Assembly: GCF_006345805.1 (NCBI RefSeq)
Contig: NC_042998.1
Coordinates: forward strand, 172,732,001-172,796,000
Direction of reading: 5' to 3'
Source: Octopus sinensis
Lineage: Eukaryota
Length of the DNA: 64,000 nucleotides
Part shown: one piece after another, positions 1-12,741 of the stretch
Position numbering within the stretch: the first letter of the stretch is position 1
How the letters are laid out: every line of letters begins with the position of its first letter
The notes under the pieces: model-generated
Database searches by the model: none
What the model was told of the DNA's origin: nothing
Seen by the model: only the letters and a program-made list of their open reading frames with translations
Translations under genes and position numbers: made by a program

Positions 1-170
1 ACTCTCTCTCTCTCTATATATATATATATAGAGAGAGAGAGGGTAATACACGGGTGTATATATATATATATATATATATATACAAAGAGAGAGAGAGAGA
101 GATAGAGATAGAGAGAGGAAGAGAGGGCGCAAGAGAAAGAGAGAGAGAGAGAGGGAGAGAGAGAATGGAA
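1..170. repeat. Compound dinucleotide microsatellite (CT)n/(TA)n/(GA)n
   Basis: Visible directly; explains ORF 54..266. Confidence 0.95.
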
Positions 171-414
171 AAGGTTTCACAGATATTTCATAATTCCCGT
201 ATAAAAGCATGGAGTATCTGTGTGAAATCTATGATCACTGTTGTAGTTATGTTCCTGTGCACATAGGCTGCATATATATATTCATATACTTGGAAACACA
301 TTCACTTTACGATTATTGCATTGAAGTAGTAATATACGGATATTAACATGTTAATAATTGAGCTTTTACATTCACTGGATATAGTTTTATAGTGCTTAAG
401 CACTAATTCTATGT

Positions 415-500
415 CATACACACACATACATTCATTCATTCATACATACACACACATACAAACATACATACATACATACATACATACATACATACATACA

Positions 501-533
<33 letters not shown>

Positions 534-535
534 GT
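415..535. repeat. (CATA)n tetranucleotide microsatellite
   Basis: Visible directly. Confidence 0.95.
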
Positions 536-620
536 GTACGCAAACGACATTCGCACATATTTGATTTTATGTATTGCCCCTATGTAAATGTACTGACATC
601 GTTGTATATTATCTATTCTT

Positions 621-840
621 AGTACCAGAGAGTAATATTATGGTAACGGTGGTACATAAAGATACAATATGAATACTAATATTAAGTATACAAAAGTGTT
701 TATTATGTTTCTATTATATAGAATGGAGTTTTGTGCAAATTAATAGGTTCCATATATGTAAGTGGAAAGAGAGAATAAGGTTAAAGAAAAACGAAGAGAT
801 CAAATTGCCAATATGTTCCCCCTTAGAATACCATCAGTCC
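621..840 (+). repeat. 220-bp direct repeat, copy 1
   Basis: AGTACCAG...ACCATCAGTCC matches 2054-2273 with 3 substitutions by eye. Confidence 0.93.
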
Positions 841-2053
841 CGATATATCTAACCATAGAAGATCTCTCGTAAAACGTTAAACATAACAGATTACCATAAT
901 TTTATTGACAACGAAAGTAGTTTGACGGTAAACATTGCCGAAATCATCACTTAGCCTAAATAAAACGCAGTTCCTATACAGAAGGTGCAGAACACACAGA
1001 ATTTAAGATACTGATGATGTGAAGCTTTTTCTCGGTAAATTGTCGATGAAATTTGCTGGGTGCAAGAAGGCCATTATCTCGACAAGAGCCTCCTTTGACC
1101 TCTTGTCGATGATATTTTGCTGTGCTTGCTGAAAATTTGCCTGGAGTTTTATGATTGTTAGGCATGACTTTGAACAAGTCGATGATCGTTAATCCCGAAT
1201 CTATGAAATTAGTACCGCTTTCGTGCTAAGAAGAGCTTTATAGTCTATATTTTCTACAAAGTATGTAAGTTCGTGCTTATTTTTTCCAATTAGGGCAAAC
1301 ACTTATGTTCTAAGGGTGCTGCTGTACACCGTCTCTAAATTATGGAGCCGATATTCCATCAGGTGATGAAGCAACTCTGTAGGTGTCTTGGTCCTTTCTA
1401 TCATCACACCAAAGATGCCTGGGGCCACCTACCGATGTAGGTGGCAAAACTCGCACAGAATCTCGAACTTTGTTGAGTTGCAACTCTGGTCCATATGTTT
1501 CTAACATTCTCAGCGTTCGTTCTTGCAGCTCCTTTACCCCGCTCTCTTGGGCCAGATGCTATGGTTTGTTTTCTTAGCGTTTCAGCAAATTTTCTGGTGA
1601 CATCTTTTCTCCCATTCGCAATTACTTCAAAACTCCTGAGCATCTAGTGAACCCTGGTTCCAACAAATCCACTAACATATTACGGGAAGTAGTTGTGTAT
1701 GCAAAGTTCGAGACAAAAGCAATGCAATTATCAGTTCAGCGGGGGATCGATTTTATCTTACCTTCTCCATACATCATTAAAATAACTGTCAGTTAACTAC
1801 CGCAGTCCTTTGATCTGTCCATGCATGTATTAGAAATAATTGTAATTATGGTGATTGATAAATGTTGAGCATCTATAGAGGCATTATGATGACTTGTAAC
1901 AGTAGAAATGGTAAAACTCTCAACCAAATACCTTTTAGTTTTCTGTCTCTTCGTCATGAATTTTAATCTTGCCGGAGCAGATTGAGGATGTCAGTCCCAT
2001 GGGGAGGGGTAGTGGTGAAAATATACAGTGTACACATAATGGGCAAATTCACA

Positions 2054-2273
2054 AGTACCAGGGAGTAATATTATGGTAACGGTGGTACATAAAGATATAA
2101 TATGAATACTAATATTAAGTATACAAAAGTGTTTATTATGTTTTTATTATATAGAATGGAGTTTTGTGCAAATTAATAGGTTCCATATATGTAAGTGGAA
2201 AGAGAGAATAAGGTTAAAGAAAAACGAAGAGATCAAATTGCCAATATGTTCCCCCTTAGAATACCATCAGTCC
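2054..2273 (+). repeat. 220-bp direct repeat, copy 2
   Basis: Near-identical to 621-840. Confidence 0.93.
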
Positions 2274-3747
2274 TTTGATGTGTTGCGTATCCAAGTGACA
2301 AATTATTATCATTAATACCCGGTTGAAATTTTTATTTTGGGATTCAGGGTTTTTCCACAAACGAAAGTAACAAAATAACCATTCAGGGCAAATTTTAATT
2401 TTACGAGGTAAAATTTAGCGTTTTTGACAGCTCAGGATAAAATACAATTGCTGATATCAAATGTTCACGCTTGATTTAGTTTATGCTTTGTAACCTTCGA
2501 GTAGCTATGATCTAGCAGAACTATAAATAAAACCACCTCAATTGAGAATATTCCGTGTTTAATTTTGATGAGTTATATATAGGATATATTATTCAACGCC
2601 TTCTTATTTTTTCTAAGGCGGTAGCGTTTGATTTCAGGCTGAATGACTCTGTAGACATGAAAGAATAAGTTTAGGAGTAAGATGCTAGCTGGTCATTTCA
2701 TACAAATGTGAAATATCAACAGCAACATTGATAGCAATATAAACAAGCAAGTCTGATTGTTTCATTACCCACAAATGCTATAAATACCGAGATACTGCTA
2801 CCACCAATAAAGGCAGCAGGTGATGTAGCTGAAGAAACTGTAATAGTAACGATAGTAACGCCTGCATTTTACCGATAGTAGGAGAAGTAGCTCAGAAACA
2901 TTAGCAATTAAAAATAGACACGCACAAACACACACGCACACATGCACACACCATTCTCAAGAGCCGTAATATCCATAATTACAATAGCTGTAATAATGGT
3001 TTTTAGAACTGGCTCGTGATTACACATTTCAAGGGAGGGGTTCTAGTCAGTCAATTAAATTTACCATCATTAATTTATTGTTGTTTCTTTTTATGGAACA
3101 TGGAAGGATAAAAGGCGAAGTCAAATCTGGCGGGATTTGAAGTCAGAAGATAAAAAGACGTAACTAAACGCAGTGTTTTAAAAACAACCAACATGTTTTT
3201 ATCGATTTTGTTGTCGTATGCATTGACAATAATAATAATATCAGAAATAAGGATAAAAGGGAACTGAGCTACCATTAGTAGAATAAATAACAACAACATG
3301 CCAGTGAGGAAACCTCTATGTGGTCACTCAGACTCCTAGAAATAGTAACCAAATCTTTCACTGATTATACGTTACTCTCTTTAAAATGGGTACGTTGCAT
3401 AATATAATCTTGGGTTCCCTACACATACCCCAAAAAGAGGGAGTGGTCATTGCTGGAGTGCCTTTTATTATATATCTGCTGGATCAAATCAAACTACAAC
3501 AATGACGACGACGACCACGATGAGAAACATATTTGTAGCAGTATGGTGTATATAAAAGATACTAGAATGAATACATTCTATTTCAATATAATCTGTTGTC
3601 ATCGTATTTCTTACAACATAATTTCTAAATAGCCCAAGCTGAAATGATGCATACGTCTCGTAAAGCATAATGACGCAAGTAGGTATCATTGTGATATGGG
3701 ATGAAATTCAAGTAACAACAACAACAACAACAACAACAATAATAATA

Positions 3748-3936
3748 CTTTCTACTAAAGGCACAAAGCCTGGCATTTTGGTGAGGGGGCCTAGTCAATG
3801 ACATCGACCGCAGTGTTTCACTAGTACTTAATTTATCGACCCCGAAAGAATAAAAGGCAAAGTCGACCTCGGCAGAATTTCAACTCAGAACTTAACGACG
3901 GGCGAATACCGCTAAGCATTCTGGACATCGCTGCCG
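3748..3936 (-). mobile_element. tRNA-derived SINE, family A (GTCGACCTCGGCGGAATTT core), degenerate
   Basis: Reverse complement matches the intact copy at 52688; flanked by trinucleotide arrays. Confidence 0.85.
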
Positions 3937-3974
3937 TAATAATGGTACTAATAATAATGATGATGATGATGATG

Positions 3975-4036
<62 letters not shown>

Positions 4037-4051
4037 TATTATTATTATTAT

Positions 4052-5125
4052 AACCAATCAGTTAATACGTGGATGATAGCATCACTTCGGTATGGAGCAG
4101 GAATTATAAAATGGCAAAAGAGAGAAATGAAGACAATAGATACCAAGACCAAATAAAATGTTGACAGTACACGGAGCCTTCCACTCTAAGAGTAACACCG
4201 ATAGGCTGTACTTCTCCAGAAGAAATGGTGGGAGAGGTTTGATCAGTTGCCTGGGTTACCATATAAAAATGCCGTGGAGCAACTGTTGAAACACGAAGAA
4301 GGCCGGCGTCATCATAACAGAAAATTGTGTAACTAAAGAAAATTTTAAACAAGAAATGAACAAAAATAAAAGAAACAAAAACATGGAAGGAAGAGAAAAT
4401 GTACGGTCAGTTTGCAAGAGATGTGAATGCCAAGACAGATACAGAGGACCGATGGCTATGGTTGAGGAGGAGTGACCTGAAGATAGAACAGAAGCATTCA
4501 TATGTGCAGCTGAGGTACAGGCGTTAAGGACCAACTATATGAAGTACAGAAAAGACAACACTACCAATAGCGACAATGTGGCAAGAATGAGCAATTGGGA
4601 GCTCTGTGGAAATCACGGCCTACAAAGAGCAAAGTCGTGGTATGAGGAAACTTCAGAAGGAGTCAACGAAAATGAGAATTACAAAGTCTTGTGGGACGCA
4701 ATGATCCAGTGGGATCACCTGACCAGACATGGGATACCGGACATTGTTATGGTGAATAAAAAAGAAAGAACATGTATGATAATGCTTCGGCGACAACAGG
4801 ATCAATGTGAAAGATGAAGAAACAATAAACAACTATGACAATTTCAAGTGGGAAATATGAAGGTTGTGGTCAATGAAGAAAGTAGACGTGATATCAGTAG
4901 TTATTGGTGCACTTGGAAGTGCTAGCACTCAACTACCAGCATGGCTGAAACTGATCGGTACAAGTGTGAAGGTAGAACACCTACAAAACTCAGCATTGCT
5001 TGGAACTGCAAGAATTCTTCTCAGGGTTCTTGAAGCTTGATCAGTAAACTAGTGTCACCCTAGTTTGATGGTTGTGGACAGCTGAAACTTTACCTCATAC
5101 CCAGTGAAATAAGCTGTGAGCTGTT
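4052..5125 (+). mobile_element. R4/Dong-like non-LTR retrotransposon 3' fragment (post-RT region plus restriction-like endonuclease), frameshifted
   Basis: Translates to NTW..LRYGAGII, KMYGQF, WLRRSDLK, LWDAMIQ..GIPDIVMVNKKERTC and VVIGALGS..LLGTARILLRV; paralogous to the 3' end of the element at 34175. Begins after an (AAT)n/(ATT)n tract. Confidence 0.8.
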
Positions 5126-6404
5126 TCTTTCTTTGCCGCATATTTCATGATCAATGTCACACACAATGCAAGAGCAACTTGTATAAGACTGCATGATGAT
5201 CAAACTCCTTGACAAGATAACTTTCAATGAGTCTAATATTTCTCATCTTTAATCAAACTCTTTTGCTGTATCTTATGATAAAATAAAACAACTTTTATAT
5301 CATTTATTCATTTCAGCTAGCAATATGTGACAGCATATTTTGAGATAAATAAAATTACTGTAATAGGGAGGCATTTCTGCATGAGGGATATAGGCGTTTT
5401 GAAACTATACTTGTTTGATAACCAGGGCAATGGACTAAGGACTGCTTATGATGTGACAAAGATTTTTTAAGGCAAATGGAAACAGTGAGAAATGGGGAAA
5501 TGTCTTTAGCCCCCCCCCCCAAAAAAAATTGCTTTGGAATTATGTAAGTTTAACGAATAGAATATGCAGATATCGAGTACTGGGTTTATTGTCAGAACCA
5601 AACACAGTACTCGCGCGTTGCATTACTGGATGTATAATGACTTCAGAACTATTTCCAGCACTTAAACAGCGACTTTCATTGACACATTAGGGATACTACA
5701 AAAGCCAGAAATCCAGAGGAGTTTAGATTTAATATCGAAAAATTGCACTATAAGATCATTGACAAAAAAAAAAAAAGAAAAGAAAAGCTACACAGCTTCT
5801 CAACTTCACACACGAATCTGTTTTTTTATGTAGTGTATTTCGAACCATATAATCCTATGTGAATTTCCAGTTTGAAGATTATGTTGTTTGATTAAAATAT
5901 TTTGGGCTGTTTTACTACAAAGTAGAGGAACTACGAGGAAGCTCTCTCCACGTATATCTTCATGACCTTTCCATATATATCATCGTGCAGCGTGAAAAAT
6001 TCTAGAAACATCTCTGCTAGATAAACATTTAAGCATAAACTGTACATGAATTGAAAAAAAATCTAAGCTAACGATTTAACTACCGTGTGTGCGAGCAAGT
6101 GACATCTATGTAGCTGTTCAGTTTCTACTGGGCACTCGACAGTCATATTCCATCGTACATTAGCTAATAAATATATCACAGATCTGTTGTTTAGTACAAA
6201 TCAGCTCTGGTTTAGAAGTTCTTTGTCCGACGGTGATCCATCCATAAATATTTCTTTCTGACTGGTCCTTCTTTTCTAGATATTGTATCGCGCGATTTGA
6301 AGGCGTTTTGACAGAATTATATATTAGTGGATAAATAGGTTTTATTAACGCACCTGGAGAATGTTTAGCGAGAATAGGTCATACATACATACACAACACA
6401 CATA

Positions 6405-7200
6405 CAGGGTGCGATGGGTAAATTGTCAGCATTTTATATTTTTAACTTCACGCATGTACATTATTTATTTTTGAATTTGTCGACTACACAGTATAGTAGG
6501 GTCAATTAGGCACTGTCTCTGAGAAAAACAACACTATGATGCAATTTACTCAGTCAGAAATTTGGAAATGACATGCTGTACTATTTGGCATTCGTGCCGC
6601 AAGCTCCAATACAAATGGATGGTGAACACACAAAATAACATTTGGCTTGCCGTGTCCCCAAAACATGTATCGAGAGTGATAAAAATCAAACATCTTATCA
6701 ACATCATGGTGTGTTCGGAGTGACCGCTAGTGATGGCGACGTTATGTCTCCATTCATCTTCTCACGCAGCCCCAGACTCAACACGGAGGCCTATATCAAG
6801 TGCCTGGAGGAGGTAGTGCTGCCCTGGGTCAAGAAGGTGACTGCTGGAAGACACTATGTCTGGCAACAGGAATCTGCACCATGCCACACAAGCAGGAGAA
6901 CCTAGTCATAGCTGTCAGACAATTTCTGCGACCACATCACCATTAATATGTGACCATCTGACTCTCAAGACTGCAACCCCCTTGATTAACTGAAGGCAAG
7001 GATCATGGCAGCATTCACCAACTTAAACAAGGTGACCGCCCAGAAGAGTTACAAGAGATTCGGAAGTCGTTTGGAGGCCTTGATTGAAGCTAATGGCGAT
7101 TTTATTGAATAAATCTACAGTTTAGCATTTCAAGATGTTTTAAATGTAGTTTTAGTAAATATACCTGTTAAAATGCGATGTCAATGTCATTTTCTATAGA
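6405..7200 (+). mobile_element. Tc1/mariner maT-type (DD37D) transposon remnant
   Basis: TA|CAGGGTGCG terminus; HHGVFGV..DGDVM, YIKCLEEVVLPWV, WQQ(E)SAPCHTSRRT..DCNPLD with 37-residue spacing. Contains stops, and the catalytic D is changed to E. Confidence 0.8.
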
Positions 7201-7849
7201 GAAAAACAACTTGTTTTAAATCTCTGAGTGACAGATATACAGTAACAGTACGAAATAGTAATGATTATATAGCAAGTGGCAGTTCTATAAAGGACGATGT
7301 TACTGTTGTTATAATTCCAGAAAAACATATTTTCCAGTTGGCTATCGACATATACTTTGTGTTCGTATAGCATTCGCGATATTTGCATAATTCAGACGAC
7401 ATTATGTTTACCGCACCCTGTATGTATGCATGTTCGTATGTACCTATGTATGTATGTATGCATGTGCACGCACACACACACACACACACACACGCACGCA
7501 CAAACACACGCAAACATACATACGCATATATGTAAGGGGTTAGCTGAGTTAGAGGTTCAAATAGCTGTCTAAGGGATAGAAATATCCATTATACTACCGG
7601 TATATTATCTATGTTTAACCATGGGCATATATATGCAAGCATATCATGCTCATAAATTATAGGTAAAGACAAGGATAAACATGAGCTTTTCAAGAATCAA
7701 AATTTAAAGAAAACCGAAAATGGAGATACTGATGAACAATAATTGATTTATATCAATGATTATTTATTAATTCAATACAAATAGATTGCATCCCATCTAA
7801 CAGCTGTTTCTGCTTCCAATGTTGTATGGTATTGCCATTGATATACTAA

Positions 7850-7979
7850 GAATATTTATCATATTTGGTAATAAAACCGATCTGAAGCATGGAGCTTCAT
7901 TAGAGTGAAGAATAAATAAAAAAAGAAGAGCCTATAGAAGAAAAAAAAAGTTGAATATGGTTGTAATCATACCATTTTG

Positions 7980-8018
<39 letters not shown>

Positions 8019-8400
8019 CGTTAAGTAAATGACTAAACTTAAAATAGTATTTGGTGGATTAATCCTTTGTATGGGGGGGATGGGATAGCTAAATAATAAA
8101 AGTTAAAAAATAATAGTAGGATTAGCCAAAAGGAGGAGTGAAGATACAATAAGATTTTAATGTAATCATAATAATTTTTAATAATTATGTTTATAGTACT
8201 AATTAATAGTATTTATCATAATAAAGTGCTAATCGATTAAAAGTAAGTTATTATTTATTTACTAGAAGCAGGTTAAGCCCTTCCACCTGTTGCCCGAAGT
8301 GTGATAGGCCAAGGTTCAACGTGCGATATAATTGGTTAGTTGAAATTAAAAAACAGAAGACCAGCTATTGAGATCCTTATACGGGGTAAGATATACAAAT
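7850..8400 (+). mobile_element. Highly degraded I/Jockey-group LINE 3' remnant
   Basis: RRSEDTIRF and TCCPKCDRP..VRYNW resemble the C-terminal cysteine knuckle region of I-group LINEs; many stops. Confidence 0.35.
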
Positions 8401-8735
8401 AAATGAATAGCAAAATGGTGTATATTGTAAGGGGCCCTAAAACGCTTAGGACAGTATATACTAGATTAAAAAAGGAGTAGATATTATAGAATTAAATATT
8501 AAGAGAGAAACCTATTCGGGCATTTAGGAAATAAGACGGTTGGGGGTCAAAATGTTCCTAAAGTTTAAAAAAAAATAGTAATGTGAAATTAGTAAAAACA
8601 ATGAAAAGAATTTATTCCATAGAAAATTTAGGGAAATGTTTATGGTTAAGGGGTGGGTAATAACTAGGGTAAGTGGCTTAAATTAGAGACTGCTGATATA
8701 CCATCCAGTGCACCTAATCAGTGAGCTGACTAGCC

Positions 8736-8807
8736 CATCAGACTATAATCTGACTATAATCTGAGTACACTGCTCATCAGACTATAATCTGAGTATACTG
8801 CTCATCA
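8736..8807. repeat. Short tandem repeat of a ~28-bp unit (CATCAGACTATAATCTGAGTAYACTGCT)
   Basis: Two near-complete units plus partial copies; internal TCAGA/TCTGA hairpin. Confidence 0.85.
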
Positions 8808-9047
8808 TTTGGATATGAAGTCGGGCCGGCCTCTGTATTGCCTCTTTTGTATTTAGCAACTTTTATTTATGTAGACTTTACCACCCGAATTAGCTCGTTT
8901 TACACACTTCTTATCAAAAACGTATTTTAGTACGAGATATGCCGTATTTCCTCTGGCTCCGTGCAGTCTGAAATGATAGATTTAATCCGTTAAAAACACT
9001 ACAAGACTCTTGGATACTTTTAGCAGAGTTCACTATGTTGTAGGTAT

Positions 9048-9135
9048 TCAGGCCATGTTTGTGGCTTGAAAGTAACGCCCGCCCTTCTTATCACTGACTT
9101 TGAAGGTCCTAGTAAATAAAAGGCTCCGATCCTTA
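9048..9135 (-). CDS. Candidate terminal coding exon of the host gene (S-KDRSLLFTRTFKVSDKKGGRYFQATNMA*)
   Basis: Acceptor TTATCTTACCATTTAG at 9137-9136; phase 2 fits the donor at 9988; minus-strand AATAAA at 8867-8862. Alternative acceptors exist. Confidence 0.35.
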
Positions 9136-9314
9136 CTAAATGGTAAGATAATTTGAATTTTTTTGTGACTCTTAAAATGTAACTGTATATAGTATGTCTG
9201 TTTCTTTACGTTATCATTTTTTCAAACCTGCTGTTGTATTTTAAAACACTGGGAACAGTAATGTTTTCATTCCTACTACCATTACGTCTAGCATTTCAAG
9301 TAATGTTCCAAAAT

Positions 9315-9530
9315 TTTGACATACGGCCAGTATTTCTTTCAGGGTTAGCGGGTTATTTGATTACATCATCTTAAGTGCTCATTTTCTACTTAACTTTATC
9401 GACTCTGAAAAGATAAAAGACAAAATTTACCACGGAAGGATTTGAGCTCAGAACTTAAAAGACCCGGAAGAAATTCCAGGAAGCATTTTGTTTGAAGCGC
9501 TCACGATTCTGCCAGCTCGTTGCCAGCTCG
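9315..9530 (-). mobile_element. SINE family A, strongly diverged
   Basis: TTTATCGACTCTGAAAAG..GAGCTCAGAAC..GATTCTGCCAGCTCG resembles the other copies. Confidence 0.65.
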
Positions 9531-9988
9531 TCGATTTTAGTACAAAAAATAATTTTTAGTTCAAAAATAAAGGTTAAGACGATTCTACATTTCCAGCCCA
9601 ATCATTCAATACTACGAAGTCTTTTGTTGGTTAAAAGTTCTAATTTATCAAGTATTCTTAGACGGAATGTTCTTCCAAGTTGAGTTTGTGAAATGTGGCC
9701 ATTCAAGGGAAACAACCGTAATAAAAAATACAGTATCACGTAACACCACCGCCACCACCACCACAAATAACAACAATGACACAACAACAATAACATGATC
9801 ATAATAATAACTAATAGTAATAATAGTAAGAGGAGAGGAAACTGGAGGAGACAAAAAATAACTGACAGGAAAATAAAGTTAATTAAAACAGTAATATGTA
9901 AACAACTATAACGAGGAGTAGTAATTTAAAAATGAGAAAAATTATTTTCCTTTTATCCTTTAAAATAAAAGTATTTTTTAAAACTTAC

Positions 9989-12470
9989 GATCGTGAAGGT
10001 TCTAAGGGATTCTGGTATAAATGGTTGGCTTTATAGAACTTCTTTTGTTTCATTTCCACCACTTCTGACGAAGGTCGAGTCTTCAAAGAAGCTCCTCCCA
10101 TTTTGATGTGATGATGGGCTTGTCTAGCACTCGATGGAAGGGAGGCCGTTAAAGACGTAGTTGATGCAAATTCATACATTAGTGCATCGGCACCATTCTC
10201 TTCCGGTGATCTTTCGATTACCTCCGTCTCTAAATATGTTTGAGCTGCAGCATCATGTTGTCTGTATTGAAGCATTTCTTTTCCACCCTGAAAATATTTG
10301 TTGTAATTTTCTTCATAAAGATCCAGCTGTGATGTCTGAGCAGCAGCATCTTGCTTAAATGACTTATGTTTTCCTCTTTCTTCTTCTGTCACCATGTGGA
10401 ACCCAGTAGGCAATGTAGCGTTATCGTGATAATTCTTGTCAGTATCGTTATAATTCTCTTGATTTAGCATTGAGGTCTCTACCATCGTCATTTTTGGTCT
10501 TGATTTCGTATGTGATGTCTCCGTTGATGCATCTATTGGTATTTCTACCGCGAAGTTAGTTGTTGGCGATCCCCTCGTAGGAGACCCGACTTGTACTTCA
10601 CAGCTGGAAGATCGTATGAAACTGTCATGTTTACGAGATTTGGGAATTCTTCCCGACTTGACATTTTTGAAGATTCAGTTTTATCCAAATTTGTTTGTTT
10701 TATACTGCAGTTACTGTATGTTTCCTCTTCATCCATGTGTATCCTCCTATTCAGCGTCGTAGTTTCATTTGCCGTCATTGCTGGGGATTGGTCACTGGCA
10801 CTTGATTCAAAGTATTCATTGCCGCTTTGTTTCTTTTTAAACATGATACTCTCCTTATGAGTAACTTCCGAAATCGGGGGCGATTGAAAAGGAGGTTCAG
10901 TTACAAAACTTAAATTTTCTGGATATAGGTGGTGCATGTCATTCTCGATATTTGATGGTGGCAGATTCTTTCTAGGAGCTGAAGTGTTATCAGAGGAAAG
11001 CCTAAGGCCACCATAGGGATTAGTTAATCTGTTCATAACAAGCCGATTAGGTTTTGGTGGTGAGGCAACAGAGCGTGTTGACTTACTGATGGGTATTCGG
11101 CTTCCCTTTGTGCTTATTACATTGCTTGGCTTACCAGGTACTTCTGGTTTATTTATTGGTGACTTACTTCCTTCTGATTGAAGTCCACTGGTTTGACTTA
11201 CTCGTTTTGGTGTTTGAACAGGACTAATTGGTACACTTGTCGACATCCTAGTATTTTTAAGTGGAGCAGCTTCTGGATAAGGCAATCTTTTTACTAGTTG
11301 TTTGTTACATAATATTGTTGGCTCTTGTATAGGTTTTGTTACAATTGCTCTAGATGTTCTGGAGTCTTTTATATTTCGGAATGGTATTGAACTAGTTGAA
11401 TCAGAACTAAAATGCCTATTCGGGCTTACAGTTAAATGTTGCTTATCATAAGGTGAATGATGAGGTGATCTCGTTTTCGGAAAATCTTCAGAAAATAACC
11501 TCGGACTGTTTTCTAATTTACCTTTCAAAATTGTTTGCTTCACTGGAGTTGGCGGCGTAAAGTTCCCTGCTTTACTTGATAGATCTGAAACAAAGCTGTT
11601 TTCAGAGTGTGTGGCAGGCCTATTAACTTTTAGAGAGTTTTCATTACTTTGAATAATTGCATTTTTTGCTAGCTTGTCTACGGAAGTTCTAGTTTGAGGT
11701 TTCGGCCTAAGTTTTACCACTTGTTCTTTTTTCCTAATGCATGGAGAGTTGACTTGGCTTTGATTGCTATTTATATTAAATTCATTTTCCTCGACTGGAA
11801 TTGTATCTGAACTGGAAAATTTCTCATGCATGTTAGCCGAATAAAATTCTTCCTCTTCATACGTACATTGCTGAAGCACTTTATTATTGTACTTTGCTTG
11901 TATCAAAGGACTATCGGTTGCTTTCAGCATTGATTTTGGTGAGCTTCTTGGATCTTGGTTTGATCTGCGATATAACGGGATTGGAAGAAATGGTTTTATG
12001 ATGTCTTCATTGCTATTTGGAAGACTGGATGCAATCGATGTTGCAGATATAGGATATTTCTCGTATGTATTCATATTTTCCTTATGTCCAATTGTGGGTT
12101 CTCCTTTTTCTTGGATTCTAGTATATCTTAATTTTCTTTCATTCCAGCTGTTAGTATGAGGACTGCTATCACTTTTCACATTGTCTGTTTTACTAACCTC
12201 TTCGACTTTATTCTTCTCTGGTGTGTTACCTTTGATTAGTCTTTCTTGCTTTGTCATTTCAGATCTTTGGTTACTCAAATTCGGATCTCGTCGATCAGTT
12301 TCAAGTAATCTATTTTCCACTGTAATAGGACTTGTGCTAACACTAGCATCAGATGTCACACTGCTTGCAGTTGTTACACACATTTCTTGACTTGATGCCA
12401 AACTGGAGCTTTCTGGACTGTCATTCGAGCTTGAGGGTGATGAATTGCTGATTGTGTTTACATTTGAACT
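9989..12470 (-). CDS. Large internal exon (~827 codons) of an unidentified disordered S/T/P/K-rich protein; 1-nt frameshift near 10664-10668
   Basis: Acceptor TTTTTCTTTTCTTTTGTTCAG at 12472-12471 (phase 0, in frame with ORF 10545..12401). Donor TC|GTAAGT at 9988; the ORF-track stop at 9985 lies inside this donor. The frame of ORF 9985..10491 stays open upstream to ~10675 and overlaps the 618-aa ORF. Confidence 0.85.
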
Positions 12471-12562
12471 CTGAACAAAAGAAAAGAAAAATGGACCTTA
12501 AATATTGTACACAGTATTATTGATCTAATATTTTTATTTATGTATAATTGCACATGACTCAC

Positions 12563-12622
12563 CTCTGTAACTTGCTCGTTATGTTGGAAGTTTGATTTCA
12601 AATAAGCTTGACACCTCTGAAC
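12563..12622 (-). CDS. Candidate 60-nt phase 0-0 exon (VQRCQAYLKSNFQHNEQVTE)
   Basis: Consensus donor GAG|GTGAGT at 12562 gives a 92-nt intron to the 12471 acceptor; frame is open. Its own acceptor (ATATAG) is weak. Confidence 0.5.
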
Positions 12623-12686
12623 CTATATCTTAGCAGTGCTTTTATGTGGTGGCTTTGTTGCTGTCATTTAATATATCATCGTTTAA

Positions 12687-12741
<55 letters not shown>

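Noticed and set aside
621-2273. Canonical LTR retrotransposon
   Set aside because: No TG..CA termini, TSD, PBS/PPT or recognisable gag/pol motifs.
8270-8700. Possible mitochondrial insertion (NUMT)
   Set aside because: No convincing cox, cob or rRNA match on translation by eye; a LINE C-terminal knuckle fits better.
8760-8790. CTGATGAG on the minus strand as a hammerhead
   Set aside because: No GAAA follows the putative stem II.
10660-10672. Programmed -1 ribosomal frameshift
   Set aside because: U UCA AAA AUG is not an X XXY YYZ slippery heptamer, and I saw no clear downstream structure; an indel error is simpler.
10545-12401. 618-aa ORF as a stand-alone single-exon gene
   Set aside because: It starts at TTG, the frame is open up to a strong splice acceptor at 12471, and the downstream frame continues to a donor.
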